From assembly GCF_001194135.2 (NCBI RefSeq), contig NC_068982.1:3174198-3238197 (forward strand): a DNA stretch of 64,000 nt. Reading direction: 5' to 3'. The DNA comes from Octopus bimaculoides. Lineage: Eukaryota. The notes under the pieces were generated by a model. The model was not told the origin of the DNA. It saw nothing but the letters and a program-made list of their open reading frames with translations, and made no database searches. The position numbers were made by a program, and so were the translations under genes. Positions 25,040 through 39,170 of the stretch are shown piece after piece (the first letter of the stretch is position 1; the number at the start of each line of letters is the position of its first letter).

Positions 25040-25071
<32 letters not shown>

Positions 25072-25580
25072 TGTGTGCGCTCGTCTACCGACACACATTC
25101 ATTCACAAAATATGATAGAGCATATTAATAATCTTTCGTCCTGGAATTATTCATATCGTTTTATAATTACAATGTAAGAGCAATTGGACGGCAAATATTA
25201 AATGCCTGCAGTATTCGTTAAGGATAGAGTTACGATGTATTGTAATTAAGGAACTATATCATATTTCTCTCTACTTTTTTTAATGAGGACTTTATGCTTG
25301 TTCCTGCAAAAATCCTTTATAGTGCAAAAATGTATACATGCATATATGTTGTTTATCTGTATATGTTATATTGTGTGACAATTGTGAAATATGGATTTTC
25401 TACAGATAGAGATAAGCAAGAATTTTTGCTTCACAAATTCTGTAATTTTCGTGTTCAAGTTTTTAGACAAGAAAAGCAGCGCGTTGATGCTGCCTAACAG
25501 CATAAAATCATTAATCTGCCATCGTGCTTTACTTATTTCTACAACTAACGAAACTATAATAACAATAGCCATAAGAATGA

Positions 25581-25628
<48 letters not shown>

Positions 25629-25728
25629 NNNNNNNNNNNNNNNNNNNNNNNNNNNNNNNNNNNNNNNNNNNNNNNNNNNNNNNNNNNNNNNNNNNNNNNN
25701 NNNNNNNNNNNNNNNNNNNNNNNNNNNN

Positions 25729-25773
<45 letters not shown>

Positions 25774-27052
25774 ATATATATATATTTACGTATATGAATG
25801 CATGGATGTGTGTATGTATGTATGTATGTATGTATGTATGTATATATCTGTTTATGCAAATGTGCACAACTGTCTTTGCGTTCTCTAAATTAGCGTTCAC
25901 TTCTTTGCGATGTCGATCAAAACTCGCTGTGTTGATATATATTTTATTCACATATACATGTATATATTTATTTTTCATTCAATTTTACTGGCTGGACCGC
26001 AAGAAAAAAAAACACACAGCGAACGAACGATAAAAGAAAGAAGGAAAGAAAAAAAGAAAGAAAGGAAAAGGAAATGACAAGAACTACTTGTGGAAAACAC
26101 TAATTGAAAAGAGAGAACAAACGCAACTTGATTACGACTGCTGCTAATACAGTAACAAAAGAATATTCCTGCCAAATTTATAGGTTAAGTCAAAACGTAA
26201 TTGCATTATATTAATAAAAGGACAATATTGCTTAATTCAGGCACTGTATTAACGTTGTCCACTCTTTCGTATGTGATCATATCTGTCTAAATAAGTGCGT
26301 TTGTTAGTAAATATCCGTGTGTGAGTGTGTGTGTGTGTGTGTTTCTATGTGGATTTTGTGTGTGGGTGTACTGAATGTTAGATTTGTATGCTTAAAACAA
26401 ATTGTCTTTCTGTATATGAATATACGTTTGTGTGTTTTCTTTTTTATGAATGTACATATGTTTTATAAATGTTTTCAAGTGGTGTGTGCTTGTTTGTATT
26501 TGTTTTTGTATTGTTTTCGATTTTTTTTTAAAATACTTTTATGTGTATGTATGTGAGTGATACTGCATCGTATGAAATTAAAGTAGTTGAAAGAATTTGG
26601 CAACTAGTTGCAAAAATAAAGAAATCTATGGTTTCGAGAAAACTTCTTAAACAAGATATCAGACCAGTGGGAAATAATTCTCTTTCGTTTGTTTTTCTCT
26701 ACATGTTTTGTTTAGATTTTTGTTCTTTATGTGATTTTTTCTTTCTTGCAGTTTTCTCTTTCGTTAGTTACTTGTATAGTATTTATCTTTCTGAGTTTGA
26801 GGTTTTCGTATCGCATGTGTTCTAATTATATTTAAATGTTATTACTTGCCTTTCTCTTTTTTCTTTTTTTTTTTTTTACTGCTTTTTTAAAAATCATTTC
26901 CTGGTACGAGTTTCTTTGAATTTAGTTGACAAATTAACCACCATTAACATTGATTAATTCATACGGCTTCAGAGAACGTTACATAGCATTTTTCTTGTCG
27001 GTATACCTCATGAAGAATCAAATTTGGTCAGAGTTATATGACATTCAAACTG

Positions 27053-27102
<50 letters not shown>

Positions 27103-28454
27103 TTCTTGCAGCAGTAGATTACAACTATACTCAATGTTGAGTTGTCTCTTAGATAACACAGTCAAGTGTGTATTAAAGTATATATCGTGATCGATATCAA
27201 TATTTAGTTCTCACGCTAATTCCGGGAGATACGACACTTTTAGCGAGCAATTCTTTTAACATTTTATGTTCGCCGACATAGTTCTGCATACCAGCAATCC
27301 TGCCACATTTTAATTTCATTTATCCCTGGTTCTAACGTATCACTCGATCGGCTACAAAGTATCGACTGAGCTTTTTCGAAATTCTACAGTGATGTCTGTA
27401 TAACTTTACGGTGAGTTGTCTACCTATACGTAAAAACTCGCCTTATCACTGCCTTCTTGCTTTCAGCTTACCTTCTAGTAAATCGTTGCTACCACGAAGA
27501 AAGCAATTAGGTCCAGGAAACATTTGACCCCAATGTGGACATGTGTATGTCATGAGATATATCTTTTTTTTTTGTGTCACTACATTTTTAAAATTATCGT
27601 TTATTCTTCCATTGAGTTCTCTCATCTAAAGCGGGATAGCATTTAGATACTTAAACCTTCCCTTTACAAAAATGAAATTAACAGTGTTTATTTCCATTGC
27701 ATAATTTACCTATAGGACAATGGTTGATTAAATGTGAAGTTTACATGTTCAGTCCATAAGTTAAAACATCTGGTTCAAAAACGCTATGTCTGAAAAGGCG
27801 AAGAGAGCTAGAATCATTAACAGAATTCTCATTTTTGTCGCAATGAATTAATGAAATTAATCAAGATGAGGTATTTATTCATAAAAATGTAACTAAATGG
27901 TGTGATATGTTTCTGTGAAAGTTAAAGTTTAATTCTAGCAAAACTGAAGTCGATTTGTGGTTAATCGGATGGATACAACGAGTTGTGAAAGCAAGTAGAG
28001 AGTATGGTAAGAATGCTTCAGTTTGTAACACTCGTGACAAAGTTGGTTGTAGTTTCAGACTTCTGAACAGAAATATATTTAAGTTGGAAAATTACAATCG
28101 ATATCAATTTCCGCCATATATTTGTGTGATTGTGTATGTGTAAATGCGTATGTGTAATTGTGTGTGTGTATGTGTAAATGTGTATGTGTTATTATGCGTG
28201 TGTGTGTGTGTGTTTTAAGTTAGCACTCTGATAACCAGTGATCTGTGAGCCAAACTGTGGCAACCTCACAAACACTGCTTGTGGTGGCGGGGTAGGGTAG
28301 TGTGACATTAAGAAATCCGAAGAGACAAGAAAAAGAAACTTGTCAGAATGTGAAGGGACAGAGAAGAGAGTAAACGGCCATCAAATAAAGTATACATATG
28401 CACGTGCATAGAAATATCTGCATATTTCTCTGTGTTTAGGTGTCAGTGCGCTGG

Positions 28455-28740
28455 GCCTCCATCGATTACGTCGACGAGGATTCCAACAGCCTGCTCGTGA
28501 TAATAACATACAAGTGGCTAATCATTCCATAGACATGCCTACCCTTAACATAGGTCTGAGGTAGCCTCATTGTGACTCAGCGAATGTGACGAGGCTGGAC
28601 CCCTTTGAATTACAGGTACTACTCATTCTTGGCAGCTGAGTGTACTGGAGCAATGTAAAAATAAAGTGTCTTGTTGAAGGACACAACGAACTCACGAATT
28701 TACAATCTAGGTCGAGTGCCCAAATCACAAAGTCGTTCGT
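28455..28740 (-). mobile_element. SINE family D
   Basis: Homologous to 22762-22949. Also carries ctcattcttggcagctgagtgtactggagcaa...aaagtgtcttgttgaaggacacaac (reverse complement gtgtccttcaacaagacacttt, a V/CORE-like motif) and a degraded tRNA head. Confidence 0.8.
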
Positions 28741-28758
28741 CAGTATTTCACATTTACT

Positions 28759-28977
28759 AAGGCGGTAAACTGGCAGAAGCGTTAGCACGCCGGGCGAAAT
28801 GCTTAGAGGTATTTCGTCTGTCTTTATGTTGTGAGTTCAAATTCCGCCGAGGTCGACTTTGCCTTTCATCCTTTCGGGGTCGATAAATTAAGAACCATTT
28901 GCGTACTGGGGTCGATCTAATCGACTGTCCCCCTCCCCCAAAATTTCGGGCCTTGTGCCTAGAGTAGAAAAGAATAT
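28759..28977 (+). mobile_element. SINE family A, near full length
   Basis: A-box-like tggcagaagcgttag, B-box gagttcaaattcc, central gaggtcgactttgcctttcatcctttcggggtcgataaattaag, tail ggccttgtgcctagagtagaaaagaat. Confidence 0.9.
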
Positions 28978-29426
28978 TTCACGTTTACTTTAAGTGAATA
29001 TAGAAAAATTATACGACTAATTATAGAATATTTCCTATTTCATAATAATCAGTGGAAGGAATATTGAATAGATATATTATTTCAAAACATTGTCTAACAC
29101 GGGAGACTATATAGAAATCATTATTTCTAAGAATTGTTACAAATCGGTAGAAAGAACAAAAAACCAACAGCATGTATAAAACTAATTTGAAGTTTAGTCG
29201 TTTTCTTTTTAAACAAAGAAGATGGATGATAAGATATTTTAAGATTTCTTCTGTTTTCTTTGACGAATGGTTGAAAGTGTATTTTATCTTAGATTGACAA
29301 TGTAATAGTATTACGTTGCCAATCTTGGATACAATATTGCTAGCAAAATTGTAGTTGATTTTATCTGGAGACTCAGTTTCAGTTCCTGTTTTATATAAAC
29401 ATTTTTATTTCACGTATTTCTGTGCA

Positions 29427-29430
<4 letters not shown>

Positions 29431-29472
<42 letters not shown>

Positions 29473-29486
29473 TACACACACACAGG

Positions 29487-29533
<47 letters not shown>

Positions 29534-29534
29534 G

Positions 29535-29608
<74 letters not shown>
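29431..29608. repeat. (CA)n-(GATA)n microsatellite
   Basis: Directly visible. Confidence 0.95.
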
Positions 29609-29610
<2 letters not shown>

Positions 29611-30446
29611 ATTCGAGTTAAGTGCGTCTCTGGAAATACCTTATCTTTATACATTTCAATGACCTTATATCTATACTGAATATGCTCTTAGTATATATAT
29701 ATATATATATATANNNNNNNNNNNNNNNNNNNNNNNNNNNNNNNNNNNNNNNNNNNNNNNNNNNNNNNNNNNNNNNNNNNNNNNNNNNNNNNNNNNNNNN
29801 NNNNNNNNNNNNNNNNNNNNNNNNNNNNNNNNNNNNNNNNNNNNNNNNNNNNNNNNNNNNNNNNNNNNNNNNNNNNNNNNNNNNNNNNNNNNNNNNNNNN
29901 NNNNNNNNNNNNNNNNNNNNNNNNNNNNNNNNNNNNNNNNNNNNNNNNNNNNNNNNNNNNNNNNNNNNNNNNNNNNNNNNNNNNNNNNNNNNNNNNNNNN
30001 NNNNNNNNNNNNNNNNNNNNNNNNNNNNNNNNNNNNNNNNNNNNNNNNNNNNNNNNNNNNNNNNNNNNNNNNNNNNNNNNNNNNNNNNNNNNNNNNNNNN
30101 NNNNNNNNNNNNNNNNNNNNNNNNNNNNNNNNNNNNNNNNNNNNNNNNNNNNNNNNNNNNNNNNNNNNNNNNNNNNNNNNNNNNNNNNNNNNNNNNNNNN
30201 NNNNNNNNNNNNNNNNNNNNNNNNNNNNNNNNNNNNNNNNNNNNNNNNNNNNNNNNNNNNNNNNNNNNNNNNNNNNNNNNNNNNNNNNNNNNNNNNNNNN
30301 NNNNNNNNNNNNNNNNNNNNNNNNNNNNNNNNNNNNNNNNNNNNNNNNNNNNNNNNNNNNNNNNNNNNNNNNNNNNNNNNNNNNNNNNNNNNNNNNNNNN
30401 NNNNNNNNNNNNNNNNNNNNNNNNNNNNNNNNNNNNNNNNNNNNNN

Positions 30447-30514
<68 letters not shown>

Positions 30515-32084
30515 GAAAGTTGAAAAGAAATACACGAGTTGTTATGTATCAGCAAAATAAGACAAGGTAGAAAATGGTAAAATAATTTTGTCATGAAGAG
30601 CATTTTAGAACCGGTTTCAGTCTTTGCAATTTTTTCAGCTTAGAGTAAAGTATGAATAACAATTGAACTGTGGAAAAATGAAATGAAATGTTTTTTTAGA
30701 AATATTTCCATAGTTTTCAAATGCAAGGAACATTTTCCTTTTTTCTGTCTCTCTCTATCTCTCTCTTTTTACTCTCCTCTAAGTGCTTTTTAACTCTCAC
30801 CAAGCGTTGTTTTCCATCCCAGTTTCCTCCGTACAAGAGACTACAGATATAGTTGTATGCATTTGCATAGCCTCCGTTTGACGGAATTGCATCGTTTGGT
30901 ATGTGGTTGATTAAAACTTAGCCAATATAAAAGTGTATTTTCTCAAGCTACAACTTTTTATTATTATTCTAATTTATTTTCGTTGGACCAAGTTTGCATA
31001 AGGTATAGCGGTTCTGGGAGATTTTTCGTTTTTGCTGCTATTTTAGAAATGTATTATATTAAATAAACGCTTTTACTGTAGACGCATTTAAGGCACTACA
31101 TTTGATATCAGCAATTTATTGAAACATTGAATAACAGTTTTCCATATTTTAAAGCTTATATGGTTGAAATTTTTTAATGAAGTCTCAATATTTGTATTGG
31201 AATCATTAGGATTAGACATGTTTATACAGTAAATACTATGTATAATTGCAGGTTCCATCTCTTTGTGAGATTACCGATTCACATTAGGCATGTGGTTTCA
31301 TGTCTTAAATAACCATGACGATTTAATTAAATAGAATTAAGTGTCCCAAGAAAGAATAATAAAAATCTAATGCAAGCGTAATTAGAACTATCTATCCTTA
31401 GATTTTGTAGTAAAATAAGGTTATATAATGAAACAGGGACGGTTTTTAAATTTTAATTTCTTGAAAAGTTTCCACAACAAAATAATCGAAATAAAACAAG
31501 CTTTCTTCGCGTCGATTCTCTGCATGTAGCGTGAAGAATGCAGAGTGCCATTTTCTAAATATCTGTTTTCAAATAAATGATAAAATGATTAATCCATCTT
31601 TAAAATAGAATCCTTTCTATTAAACACAATCTATATCAATTCCTTTGTTATGTCCAGTTAGCTATTTGATTCTCTCTGCTTTTTGGTACTAAACACCCAT
31701 TGTATTATTCCTCATATTCTTTTGTATATAATTCCTTCCTGTTAATAGGATGTCCTTTGATGTTCTGAAAGATTAAATGTCTCTCCATATTCATCAAGTT
31801 TCCGAAAGTAATTGAAAACAGTTCATAATACTAAAACAGCAATTGTGAGAAATAGCAGCTCTACTAAAGTTGTATCAGAAATATATTTTTACAGAAGAAA
31901 TGTGACAATCATTTATCATAACAGATATACATTTTGATATTGTTAAAGGATTAAACTCTCTGACATAGGAAGCAGCTGAAACTTAGCTCATTGCCAACAA
32001 ATAATGTCAAATTTGATGAGACGTTTTAGGTAGTATATATATCGGTTTTAATGTATTCCATTAATTCCATTATTTTATTCACGG

Positions 32085-32160
32085 TCTTTTACGTTTCAAG
32101 TTCAAATTTCGATGAGCGCCACTTTGTCCTGATCTTTTACGTGTCAAGGAAATAAGTACC
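32085..32160 (+). mobile_element. SINE family A, highly degraded fragment
   Basis: tctttacgtttcaagttcaaattt...ctttgtcc...aaataagtacc. Confidence 0.45.
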
Positions 32161-33668
32161 TCCATTAAATTAAATCCATTATTCTTTCTCGCTACATTTA
32201 AGATCATCCTTGTAATTTCCTGCGAAATATTTTTTTTGTTTGTCTGTATGTTGTTGTTGTTGTCGTTGTTGCTTTTGTTGTTGTTGTTGTTGTTGTTTTA
32301 AATCCATACAATTGATAGTTTTGGACTGCATGTTTAAAAACTGAGAAAACAGCTGTTCATGCATTTTAGGCAAAACATTACTCTGAAGCTTATAGAAACG
32401 GTTTGTGTTATTAAACTATAAAAGAGTTTTCTGTGAATATAATGTAGAGCCTGGAAGGAGCCAAAGACCATCGGCTCCGAAGATGCGATTCTCATTTGTT
32501 TAAAAAAGCAGACACAAAGTGCAGGATGTGAATTACGTAAAGTCATGTAGCTACTGAAAATATACAATTTCAGCTCGGAGCTTCTATCTATTTGCTACCC
32601 ACTCATATAAAGAATGGAAACAATCTGATTCTACTCTGCTTCTATCAGCTTCTATCTTATTCAATGTTCAAATATACGCATATAGCTCATTTATTTTATT
32701 TTTAGCTTTGCATCTCGCAATTTCCTTCGCGTATTTCTCAAATAAAAACACTTCTCTTATTTTTCTTATTGTGGTATTTTACGTTTCAATCCTATATTTA
32801 TTTACCTATTATTTTCACATCTGTTTTAACACAAATATTGCATGTTGTTATTCCATTGCTTCTGCTTTAACACATTCTTGTTATTTACAACAAATTTTTA
32901 TCGAGTTTATTCCAACAAGCTGGGTAATATACTCTAACGCACCTGCGATTACATAAAAACATATTTGAAAATGTACATATACGCATGCATTCATCATGTG
33001 TATGCAGATAACGTAGGCAGATTTCATATATATTTATGTATGCACGTATCTATGTGTATGCGTTTGCGTGTGCGAGTGTGTATGGATGCATTTATGTGTC
33101 TATGTGTTTTTACATATAAAAACCGGGATGCATGCGTATAAAATACTGCGTTTGTTTAATATATATGTTTAATTACGCATACATGTGAAAACATACAAAA
33201 AGATGTATTTATTTGTGTATCAATCACTGAGGATACAATTCTACAGATATATAGTATGTAGGTTTTTGAATATTCTCTGTAATATCAGGTGGAATTTTTT
33301 GCTATGCTAGCATATATAATTGCGTGTTACCTATTCCACGGTATTTCCCTCTCTAAAATTAACTCCACGAAAAAACGAGTTATGTATTGCTTATCGAATT
33401 CATTCTACATTTTTACAGTTATCATGCATTTACGAAACAATAGCTACACATAAGTGACTTGCTTTTCTAATGGCATTACTCATATTCCCAACAGAAAATT
33501 GCATATTCACAGTTGTGCATGGAAAACTAAACTGATCACAGATCACGTGGCCACACAGAGACTTACAACTTTATATATACACAATTGTCTGTCTACACAT
33601 TGGTGACACTGTACATAAATGTATAAACGTATGCTTGCGTTTGTAAATGAACACAAGCGCGCGCACAC

Positions 33669-33734
<66 letters not shown>

Positions 33735-34029
33735 AATATATACACGCATATATTTATACATACACATATATACATATATATTTCTTTATTCGTGATTTAA
33801 TTTCTCCACTACGTCATGTTTCAGTGATCCACCTCAGTAGCGATGTTAATCCATGTCCAATTTGCATTTGGCTGCATGAGATTTAACGAGACTTCATACG
33901 TTAAGGAGACGGTGTAAAGTGAAATACGAAATACTTAAATAATGGGAGATAAATATTAAGGTACTGTGGTCGGTGTAATTTTATTTCGCTTATGTTAATA
34001 AGGACCTGGAAAGCAAAAAAGGAAATGTG

Positions 34030-34436
34030 CTTGTATAATCTCTGCACTCTCCATAGGCGCAGGAGTGGCTTTGTGGTGAGTAGCTTGCAGAGGTCCAGAA
34101 TATTCTTGTGCCTGGTTGGAGAGAGTATGATCTGCTCCATGAATAGCATTTTCGTAAGATCAAGTAGAGATTCTGCTTGATTTCGCTCTTTGTGCGTCGT
34201 TCCTGGGGTTATGTTGCCCTCAGGTCACCTGATGTTGGGTAACTTGAAGTCACCCATCAAGAATATAGTAGAACGTTGATCCAGTTGTATTAGTACTTCT
34301 TTTATCGCACTGAGGCTTTCCCCAAATTTTCCATCATGATTCGAGGCATCAGGTGGGCGACATAGTGTGCATATGACTGTATCAAGTTGCTTCAGATGTA
34401 TTATGAGTGTGTCACACACCGAGTTCGAGTTCGATA
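34030..34436 (-). mobile_element. CR1/L2-clade LINE apurinic endonuclease fragment
   Basis: SNSVCDTLIIHLKQLDTVICTLCRPPDA...IFLMGDFKLPNIR*...ESLLDLTKMLFMEQIILSPTRHKNILDL contains the YRPP, GDFN and PTR..N.LDL motifs. Confidence 0.85.
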
Positions 34437-34439
34437 ACA

Positions 34440-34900
34440 GGGTTAATAAGAACGGCAACGATAAGGATAAAAAGAAAAGTTAAACACGTAAAAGAAGCAA
34501 TAATATCCCTGTTAGCAATTATAATACCGAGGTAAATAAAATAAATAAATCGAATAAGAACAACGCTACCAAAGCTGATTGCAATAACAATAAAAATAAC
34601 AGTAGAAAAAAAAATAATTACAACCATAAATTTACGATCTACAACAATACAGAGGACAGAGTTTACACCAAAAGCAAAAATATAAAGTATAACAAGATAA
34701 CATCTGCCTAATAAACCCATTCGCGATACAATTAAAAACCAATATATTTAAATATATAATGAAACTTATAAATAAGCACTTAAATATGAATACGAAATAC
34801 TGAGAAACATTTAACAAGAAAATTAGAATAGGACATAACCTAACTAGCAACGTAGCTACTATTATAGCCTCTATTAACAATAAAAACTAGGCTCCTTCTA
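34440..34900 (+). mobile_element. Penelope-like element relic (Asn-rich linker between RT and endonuclease)
   Basis: An Asn/Lys-rich stretch is followed by CLINPFAIQLKTNIFKYIMKLINKHLNMNTKY*ETFNKKIRIGHNLTSNVATIIASINNK. This resembles the PLE linker WFNPPFS..VKTNIGK.FL.LIDKHF......IFN....KISYS...N...II..HN.K. Confidence 0.7.
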
Positions 34901-34982
34901 TGAAACTAGGAAGAATAACAATAAAAATCAAAACAACCAATCGATTGGTATAATAAAAGAACCCCCAAGTAACTCGCCCTCT

Positions 34983-35226
34983 AAGAAGCCCGTCGTATAT
35001 ATGTATGTATGTATGTATATGTTTGCGTATCTGTGTTTGTCCCCCCACCCCACCATCGCTTGACAACTGATGTTGGTGTGTTGTCCCCGTAACTTAGCGG
35101 TTCGGCAAGAAACCCCGATAGAATAAGTACTAGGCAAACAATAAATAAGTCCTGAGGTCGATTAGTTCAACTAAATGTGGTGCTCCATCATGGCCGCAGT
35201 CAAATGACTGAAACCAGCAAAAGAAT
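34983..35226 (+). mobile_element. SINE family B 3' two-thirds
   Basis: aagaagcccgtcgtatatat...tgtttgtcccccc...gtaacttagcggttcggc...gatagaataagtactagg...catggccgcagtcaaatgactgaaac. Confidence 0.9.
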
Positions 35227-36544
35227 GTGTGTGTGTGTGTGTGTGTGTACTTTATTTGTGTCGCTAACATATGCTCACGTGATGTATAAGTCAACCGCAT
35301 GAACGTTTATGTTTTGAGACAGGAAGTCAATACATGGCAAGGTGTTTTATTGGTTATCTTCCCTGAATGTGAAATTCTAGATATTCCCTTTAATCCTCGA
35401 CATTCCTCCTCTGTGTCCCTGCAACTTGCATTATCTTCTCACACTTGATGTATATTTTATGATCCTGCCTTTACTTTTCACACGTTTCCTTGTATTGTAA
35501 GCACATGAATGTAAATTCAGTGAAAACTCAGGCAATCTCACATCGTTGGCGATGTGCTTTCTTCGTGTATATGTATTTAGGCACATACACACGTGTGTGT
35601 GTATATGTGTGTGTGTGTGTATCTGTCTATGTGTCTGTCTGTCTGTGTGTCTGTGTGTGCAGCTATGATTTCTATATAATTTTAAACATGTTTGTGTGAA
35701 TGTATACAAGCGTGTGTATGCATGTATGCTTGTGTGTATACATTTATCTCTATATGTGTGTGTGTGTGTTTGAGTGTGTTCCTACATAACAAACAGTGCT
35801 TTGCGTTGCCAAAATGGAGTGCCATGGATTTCTTTTATTTCACGTTTACGTAATTATGAATGGTTTCTTGTGTTGATGTAACTATTGTTCAATGATATTC
35901 GTAACAGCAAGGGTGGCGGTAGCAAAACGACAACGATAAACCGTAAGTAGAAACATAAGAAGATGAAACAAAAAGCAGGGAATAACAGAGGCTGGAATTG
36001 CAGCAGATTTTACAAGAGGTAAACGTTATGAAATAACAACATTCATTGAATAAAGTAAAATTGCGAAAGCAATATCAAACTCAACAATGGTTGCAGGAAA
36101 AATAACATCAATTTTAAAAACAACAGACTCTAGAGTTGCCAGAGTCGTAACACTCGAATAAGAATAGGAAAAATGAAGAATACAAACCGAAACAAAGAAT
36201 ACACGAATAAATACCAAAACAAGAGATGGGGGTGGTATATGATGTGGATTTACATGATATTTACCGTTGTGCATGTTACAATAGTGTATACCTGGTTTCT
36301 GTGAGAAATTTTGATTTACAAACAACAGCAATTCCAAAGAGCTGAAGGAATTACTTAATACAATTGTTCGAAAGACTCATTGAAGCGTAACGGGATTCAT
36401 ATCCAAACATATGTTTTGTTAATAACAGTTTCGAAAAAGGCAAGAATTACGTGCAAAAAATTCCAAAAATCTAATTCGAACATACTTTGTCAGATTTCTA
36501 CTGTCGACATCGAAATTTGTTTCATCTATCAGCTTTCATCTCTT

Positions 36545-36760
36545 GTCTTTTAGTTCTTTTAGTCATTAGAGTCCGACCATGTTGGGGCACCACTCTGAAG
36601 AAAATTTCCTTGAAAGAATCAACCACAGGATATTTTTAAGCTTGGTATTTATTCCATCGGTTTCTTCTGCCGAACCAGCAAGTTACGGGGACGTTAACAC
36701 ACCGACACCGGCTGTTCAACGGTAGTGGAGAACAAATGCAGTCTCAAAGACACACACGCA
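36545..36760 (-). mobile_element. SINE family B 3' half, degraded
   Basis: gaccatgttggggcacc...ctgccgaaccagcaagttacggggacgttaacacaccgacaccggctgttcaacgg. Confidence 0.75.
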
Positions 36761-36764
36761 TATG

Positions 36765-36816
<52 letters not shown>

Positions 36817-37040
36817 ACATTATTACCTCGCTTTCATAGTGGTTGGTAGTGGCTGAACAACCTACACGACGTTTCTTATGCAGCATCTTTTATTTCCAAA
36901 TTACAGTTCAGAAAATTTCACTTGTTCTCCAATTTCATAATCAATGTGTTCCATGAATTTTCTTTGGTAAGCTCTTTCCTATAAAGTACTATAATAGTAA
37001 TACTACTACTGGTAATGCTATCATGGCTACTACTATGATT

Positions 37041-37263
37041 AATAATCCTTTCTAATATAGGTACAAGACCTGAAATCTTGAGGCGAGGGGGTTTGAGTCG
37101 ATTACATCGACCCCAGTGCTCAACTGGTACTTATTTCATCAACCGCGAAACGATGTAAAGCAAAGTCGACCTCGGCAGAATTTGAACTCAGAACGTAGTG
37201 GCAGACGAAATACCACTAAGCATTTCGCCCGGCGTGCTAACGGTTCTGCCAGCTCACCACCTT
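37041..37263 (-). mobile_element. SINE family A, full length
   Basis: Reverse complement: aaggtggtgagctggcagaaccgttagcacgccgggcgaaatgcttag...gagttcaaattctgccgaggtcgac...ttgtacctatattagaaagg. Confidence 0.9.
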
Positions 37264-37302
37264 ACAACTATGAATAATGATGATGATCATCATTGTAGAT
37301 GA

Positions 37303-37455
37303 TTGTTTCTGATCCAGGTACAAAGCCAGCAATTATGAGGTGAGGGGCGAAGTCCATACCATCAACCTCAGTACTTGACTGATAAGTAAATAACATTGTC
37401 GACTCCAGAGCGTTGAGAAACTAAGTTAACCACTGCAGGAATCGAACTTAGACGC
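37303..37455 (-). mobile_element. SINE family A, degraded 3' part
   Basis: ggtacaaagccagcaatt tail and gtcgac remnants. Confidence 0.55.
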
Positions 37456-38550
37456 ATCAATAATTAATATCATATTGTTTGAGAATGATTAAGAAATATA
37501 ACTGTACTTTTGGTCAATCAAATATTTTTAAAATCCAGAAAGAATAGTAAAATATTTGAAATTGTAATTTTCATCTGTTCTCATGAAATGTTGTTCTACG
37601 TTTCTTATTATAATGTGCTCCAAATTCACAATCAAATTGGAGTACGATTTTTTTAATTTCTTTTGAATTCACTGTGACATCTACTTCCTGTCTCCTGCTT
37701 TGAAATAATTCAGTTCTTTGTAAGTTCCAGCCGTACAACGGAAATTATTCACAAGAAATAAATCATTCGGAATTGCATACATTATCATACCATGTTTTCT
37801 CCTTGGCTTTAATGGCAACAACCGCTTTTCATATCTTTTGTCTAACATTTTCTACTTACCAAAATATTTTGCCCTCATTCTGGTCCAATTATTTTTACGG
37901 TCTAAAATCTTGTAGCAGATTTAAAACAACGATACTTTTTAAAATGCTTCAGAAGCACTCTTATGGTAAAAACAATTAGTTACATGTGTAAATAACTGAT
38001 AGCTTTGTGTATGTGATCGATAGAAAAGCTAGAAACGATATCCAAATTGCCTTCCGATAGTAGCGTGAGATATTAAAAAAGGTTATATTCAAAAATGATA
38101 TGAGAGTCATATACGGAATGCCTATTTTTGCTTGTATATTTATTCAGAACTGACATGAAGTTAAATAATAACATAGCTACACATTCCACATCGTTTCGAT
38201 TAAGCACAACTATATTTTAGGGTCTCGTATCTTGGGTTTCTTTGCTGGTAACTTCCTTAGTAATGTATCTTAAATGACGTTTTTCGCAGAGATACGTTCT
38301 TGAAGGTAGAACTCAGGCATGGATAAAATCATTCATGAAGTGGGTCGCAAGTAACGCTGCTCATCATCAGGTGTGGTGCATACTAAAAAAAAATCGAAGT
38401 TAATTTTTCGTTTGACGTACTAATCAGAAAGTCCGGCCAGCCTCCGACTGCTATGGCAATGATGATACGTTTATATTCAGTTTGTCAGCCAACGTTTCCT
38501 TCTATTATGGTTGCCGGTCCAATAACACATACATATCTGTGTGTGTGTGT

Positions 38551-38619
<69 letters not shown>

Positions 38620-38829
38620 GTGTGACGCAGAAACACCGACACTTTACAAAACACAAACTAAATGGATCTGTTCCTTTGTCATGCGGCATCTGAGCGCCAT
38701 TTTGAACATGAAATGTTCGCAGCATGTCTCAAACACTAAAGTCATGAAGAAGATTGGCTTTCAACCCATGCACCATTAATTCATGGATAGAAAATCCCGT
38801 TGGACACACCAGTTTGCGAGAAGACCTTA

Positions 38830-39170
38830 AAAGATCTATTTATTCCCCATAATACCTGATACCAGCCAACCGGTAATCGCTCATTTTGGAGAATACTAAT
38901 TCTTAAAGTCAATCATTGTCGTTGACGACGGACTGGAAATCACCACATGTTCGCTCATGGATTGAGTTCTGTCATTAAAAACATCACCGAGTCATTTTAT
39001 TACAAAGCCTCCTACTATTTCGCTACAATGAATAGGAAACTGTGTCGTGTTGCAACCCACAGTTGTCCGTGTCAACCGCCCCAACGCTGTTCCATTGAAG
39101 TCAATACTTTCATGTCTCTACAACAACTACTTGCATCTCGTATCTACTACATGCGCTTCAGAAATTATTA
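38830..39170 (+). mobile_element. Possible Gypsy/Ginger-type integrase (HHCC region) relic
   Basis: LIPANR*SLILE...HHMFAHGLSSVIKNITESFYYK / GNCVVLQ...VNRPNAVPLKSI loosely matches IP..R..IL..AH...H.G...T...I...FYW...C..CQ...PL.SI. Confidence 0.3.

Noticed and set aside
36167-36302. Short ORF ending in a hydrophobic tail (KRWGWYMMWIYMIFTVVHVTIVYTWFL*), like a tail-anchored protein
   Set aside because: It is embedded in decayed AAC/AAT-rich low-complexity sequence, has no convincing splice acceptor and I recognise no homologue.
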